IMG/VR virus record: IMGVR_UViG_2595698339_000001
Span: 13,368-77,367 of that record
Direction: 5' to 3' (one strand)
DNA from: a virus
Lineage: Duplodnaviria > Caudoviricetes
Length of the DNA stretch: 64,000 nt
Shown here: piece after piece, positions 62,786 through 64,000 of the stretch
Layout: each line of letters opens with the position of its first letter
Numbering within the stretch: the first letter of the stretch is position 1
Made by a program: the position numbers and the translations under genes
The notes under the pieces: generated by a model
What the model was told of the DNA's origin: nothing
Database searches by the model: none
The model's input: only the letters and a program-made list of their open reading frames with translations

Positions 62786-63133
62786 ATGGACAACACAGAG
62801 CTCACAGAGGCACTCCAGCCGGTACGCATCAAAGCAACGGCCGCTGTAGACCTCATAGAACAACGCTTGCAAGCACTGGAGCATCCGGCCGCGGGCGTCC
62901 TCCGCCTCACCATGTTCTCGCACGTATCGGACGGTATCCGCAAGCTCAAGCGACAGCTCGCGGAAGCTCTGGTCCTACTCCTGGAGAACAACGGTTACTC
63001 GCTCCACAACGGTCTCTCGGAGGCTATCGAGACCGTGACGGCCGCTGGCTACATCGTGACCAAAGCAGATGACACGGAGCCCACGGAGCCCTCACTGATG
63101 GACCTACTCGCACGGCCAGAGACCTGGACATAG
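62786..63133 (+). CDS. hypothetical protein
   Basis: GGGGAG RBS, 115 aa. Confidence 0.7.
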   Translation: MDNTELTEALQPVRIKATAAVDLIEQRLQALEHPAAGVLRLTMFSHVSDGIRKLKRQLAEALVLLLENNGYSLHNGLSEAIETVTAAGYIVTKADDTEPTEPSLMDLLARPETWT

Positions 63134-63207
63134 AAGTAACCCTCCCTCTGTCCCACGTAGCCCTACAGAGACTCACCCAGAGAGACCTACAGAGAGACAG
63201 CCACCCA

Positions 63208-63429
63208 ATGACCCAACCCTCACCCAATCAACCCGTGGTAGCCCTCACCGCAGACCAGAAGAGAACCGTGGTGCAGAGCATTGCGCTGAGGTTCCTAGAT
63301 CGCGCCGGTATCGCCTACCGGGTCGAGGACACAGACCACGGACTCACCGTCGACATCCGCCTTGAGGACAGCCCACAAGCTGACGACATCCACGGGCAAC
63401 ACTTACGTAGCGCTCAGCGTGCCTCGTAG
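63208..63429 (+). CDS. hypothetical protein
   Basis: 73 aa ORF overlapping the HNH start. Confidence 0.55.
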   Translation: MTQPSPNQPVVALTADQKRTVVQSIALRFLDRAGIAYRVEDTDHGLTVDIRLEDSPQADDIHGQHLRSAQRAS

Positions 63430-63766
63430 CGCTCCCAAACCCTGCACCAAGTGCGGAGCGAAAGCCACCAGACGTGGCCTCTGCGCACGCCACGACAGAC
63501 AGGGAGACAGCCACAGAGGCTCAGCACGGGACAGAGGCTACGACAGCGAGCACGAGACCGAATTCCGTGCGGCCGTACTCGCGGCGCAGCCCACATGCCC
63601 ATGTGGACAGCCCTCGACAGTAGCTGACCACTACCCGCTCAGTAGACGCGAGCTCATACGCCAGAGGCTCAACCCAAACGATCCACGACACGGTAGAGCC
63701 CTTTGCGCCACGTGCCACAACACACACACAGCACGCACACAATCCCATCTCGGGCACCGTAGCTAG
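63419..63766 (+). CDS. terminal HNH endonuclease (HK97 gp74-like terminase cofactor)
   Basis: MPR.A.KPC..C..C..H...RGY...ADH...ALCATCHN; last gene before the genome end. Confidence 0.85.
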   Translation: MPRSAPKPCTKCGAKATRRGLCARHDRQGDSHRGSARDRGYDSEHETEFRAAVLAAQPTCPCGQPSTVADHYPLSRRELIRQRLNPNDPRHGRALCATCHNTHTARTQSHLGHRS

Positions 63767-63770
63767 TCCT

Positions 63771-63905
63771 TGCATCCGCATGCATACCCGCATGCATACC
63801 CATCACATCAATGCAGGTGGCATTGCATACCCATGCATGCATAACCATGCACCCAACCTCATAACCATGCACCAGCAAACTACTTAGCCCATCGAACACT
63901 TAGCC
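63771..63905. repeat. short direct-repeat cluster near genome end
   Basis: TGCATACCC x3 (63781, 63793, 63824), CATAACCATGCACC x2 (63840, 63860), ACTTAGCC x2 (63882, 63898). Confidence 0.75.
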
Positions 63906-63991
63906 AGTCGCACAGTTTGCTGTAGGACGCAAAACCGCAGGTCAGAGGGGGTGGGGGTGGTTGCGGTCTCGAAATCGCCGCCTCGGGGGAC

Positions 63992-64000
63992 CGCTTGTCA
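63992..64000 (+). other. probable right cos end (9-nt 3' overhang CGCTTGTCA)
   Basis: Window ends in CGCTTGTCA, which I recall as the Cluster E overhang; preceded by an HNH gene and non-coding repeats. Confidence 0.7.

Noticed and set aside
63771-63905. CRISPR mini-array
   Set aside because: Repeats are 8-14 bp with irregular short spacers, and there are no cas genes

Overview
The window is the right-hand ~64 kb of a temperate siphovirus of Mycobacterium and appears to run to the physical right end of the genome. Gene content and order point to a Cluster E (Cjw1/244-like) mycobacteriophage; this assignment and the terminal CGCTTGTCA overhang are from recall, not a search. From left to right it holds: the tail assembly chaperone with a -1 frameshift, tape measure and minor tail genes (1-16.1 kb); the lysis cassette lysA-holin-lysB plus NrdH (16.7-20.5 kb); a leftward accessory operon with an HNH and Lsr2 (20.6-24.9 kb); a short arm-less tyrosine recombinase and a repressor region (25-28 kb); a long rightward early operon (28-57.2 kb) with pentapeptide protein, RecE-like nuclease, ERF, SLOG, HNHs, DnaB, WhiBs, resolvase, Pnk, RNA ligase, DNA methylase, SSB, ClpP, tRNAs, nucleotide-pool enzymes, DnaQ-like nuclease and RecA; a leftward block of small genes driven by repeated leaderless promoters (57.6-62.7 kb); and a terminal HNH next to the putative cos end. 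The least explained signals are non-coding. They are a ~450-nt highly structured RNA behind its own operator-overlapped promoter (29.47-29.93 kb), tandem hairpins displaying anti-Shine-Dalgarno loops (30.79-30.95 kb), a lox-like 13+7+13 inverted repeat in front of the Cre-like recombinase, TCCCC-loop hairpins, and a tRNA-like RNA with an over-long anticodon arm. Putative ADP-ribosyltransferase and Acb2/Tad1-like genes are also noted. All family calls are by motif recognition; no database search was run.
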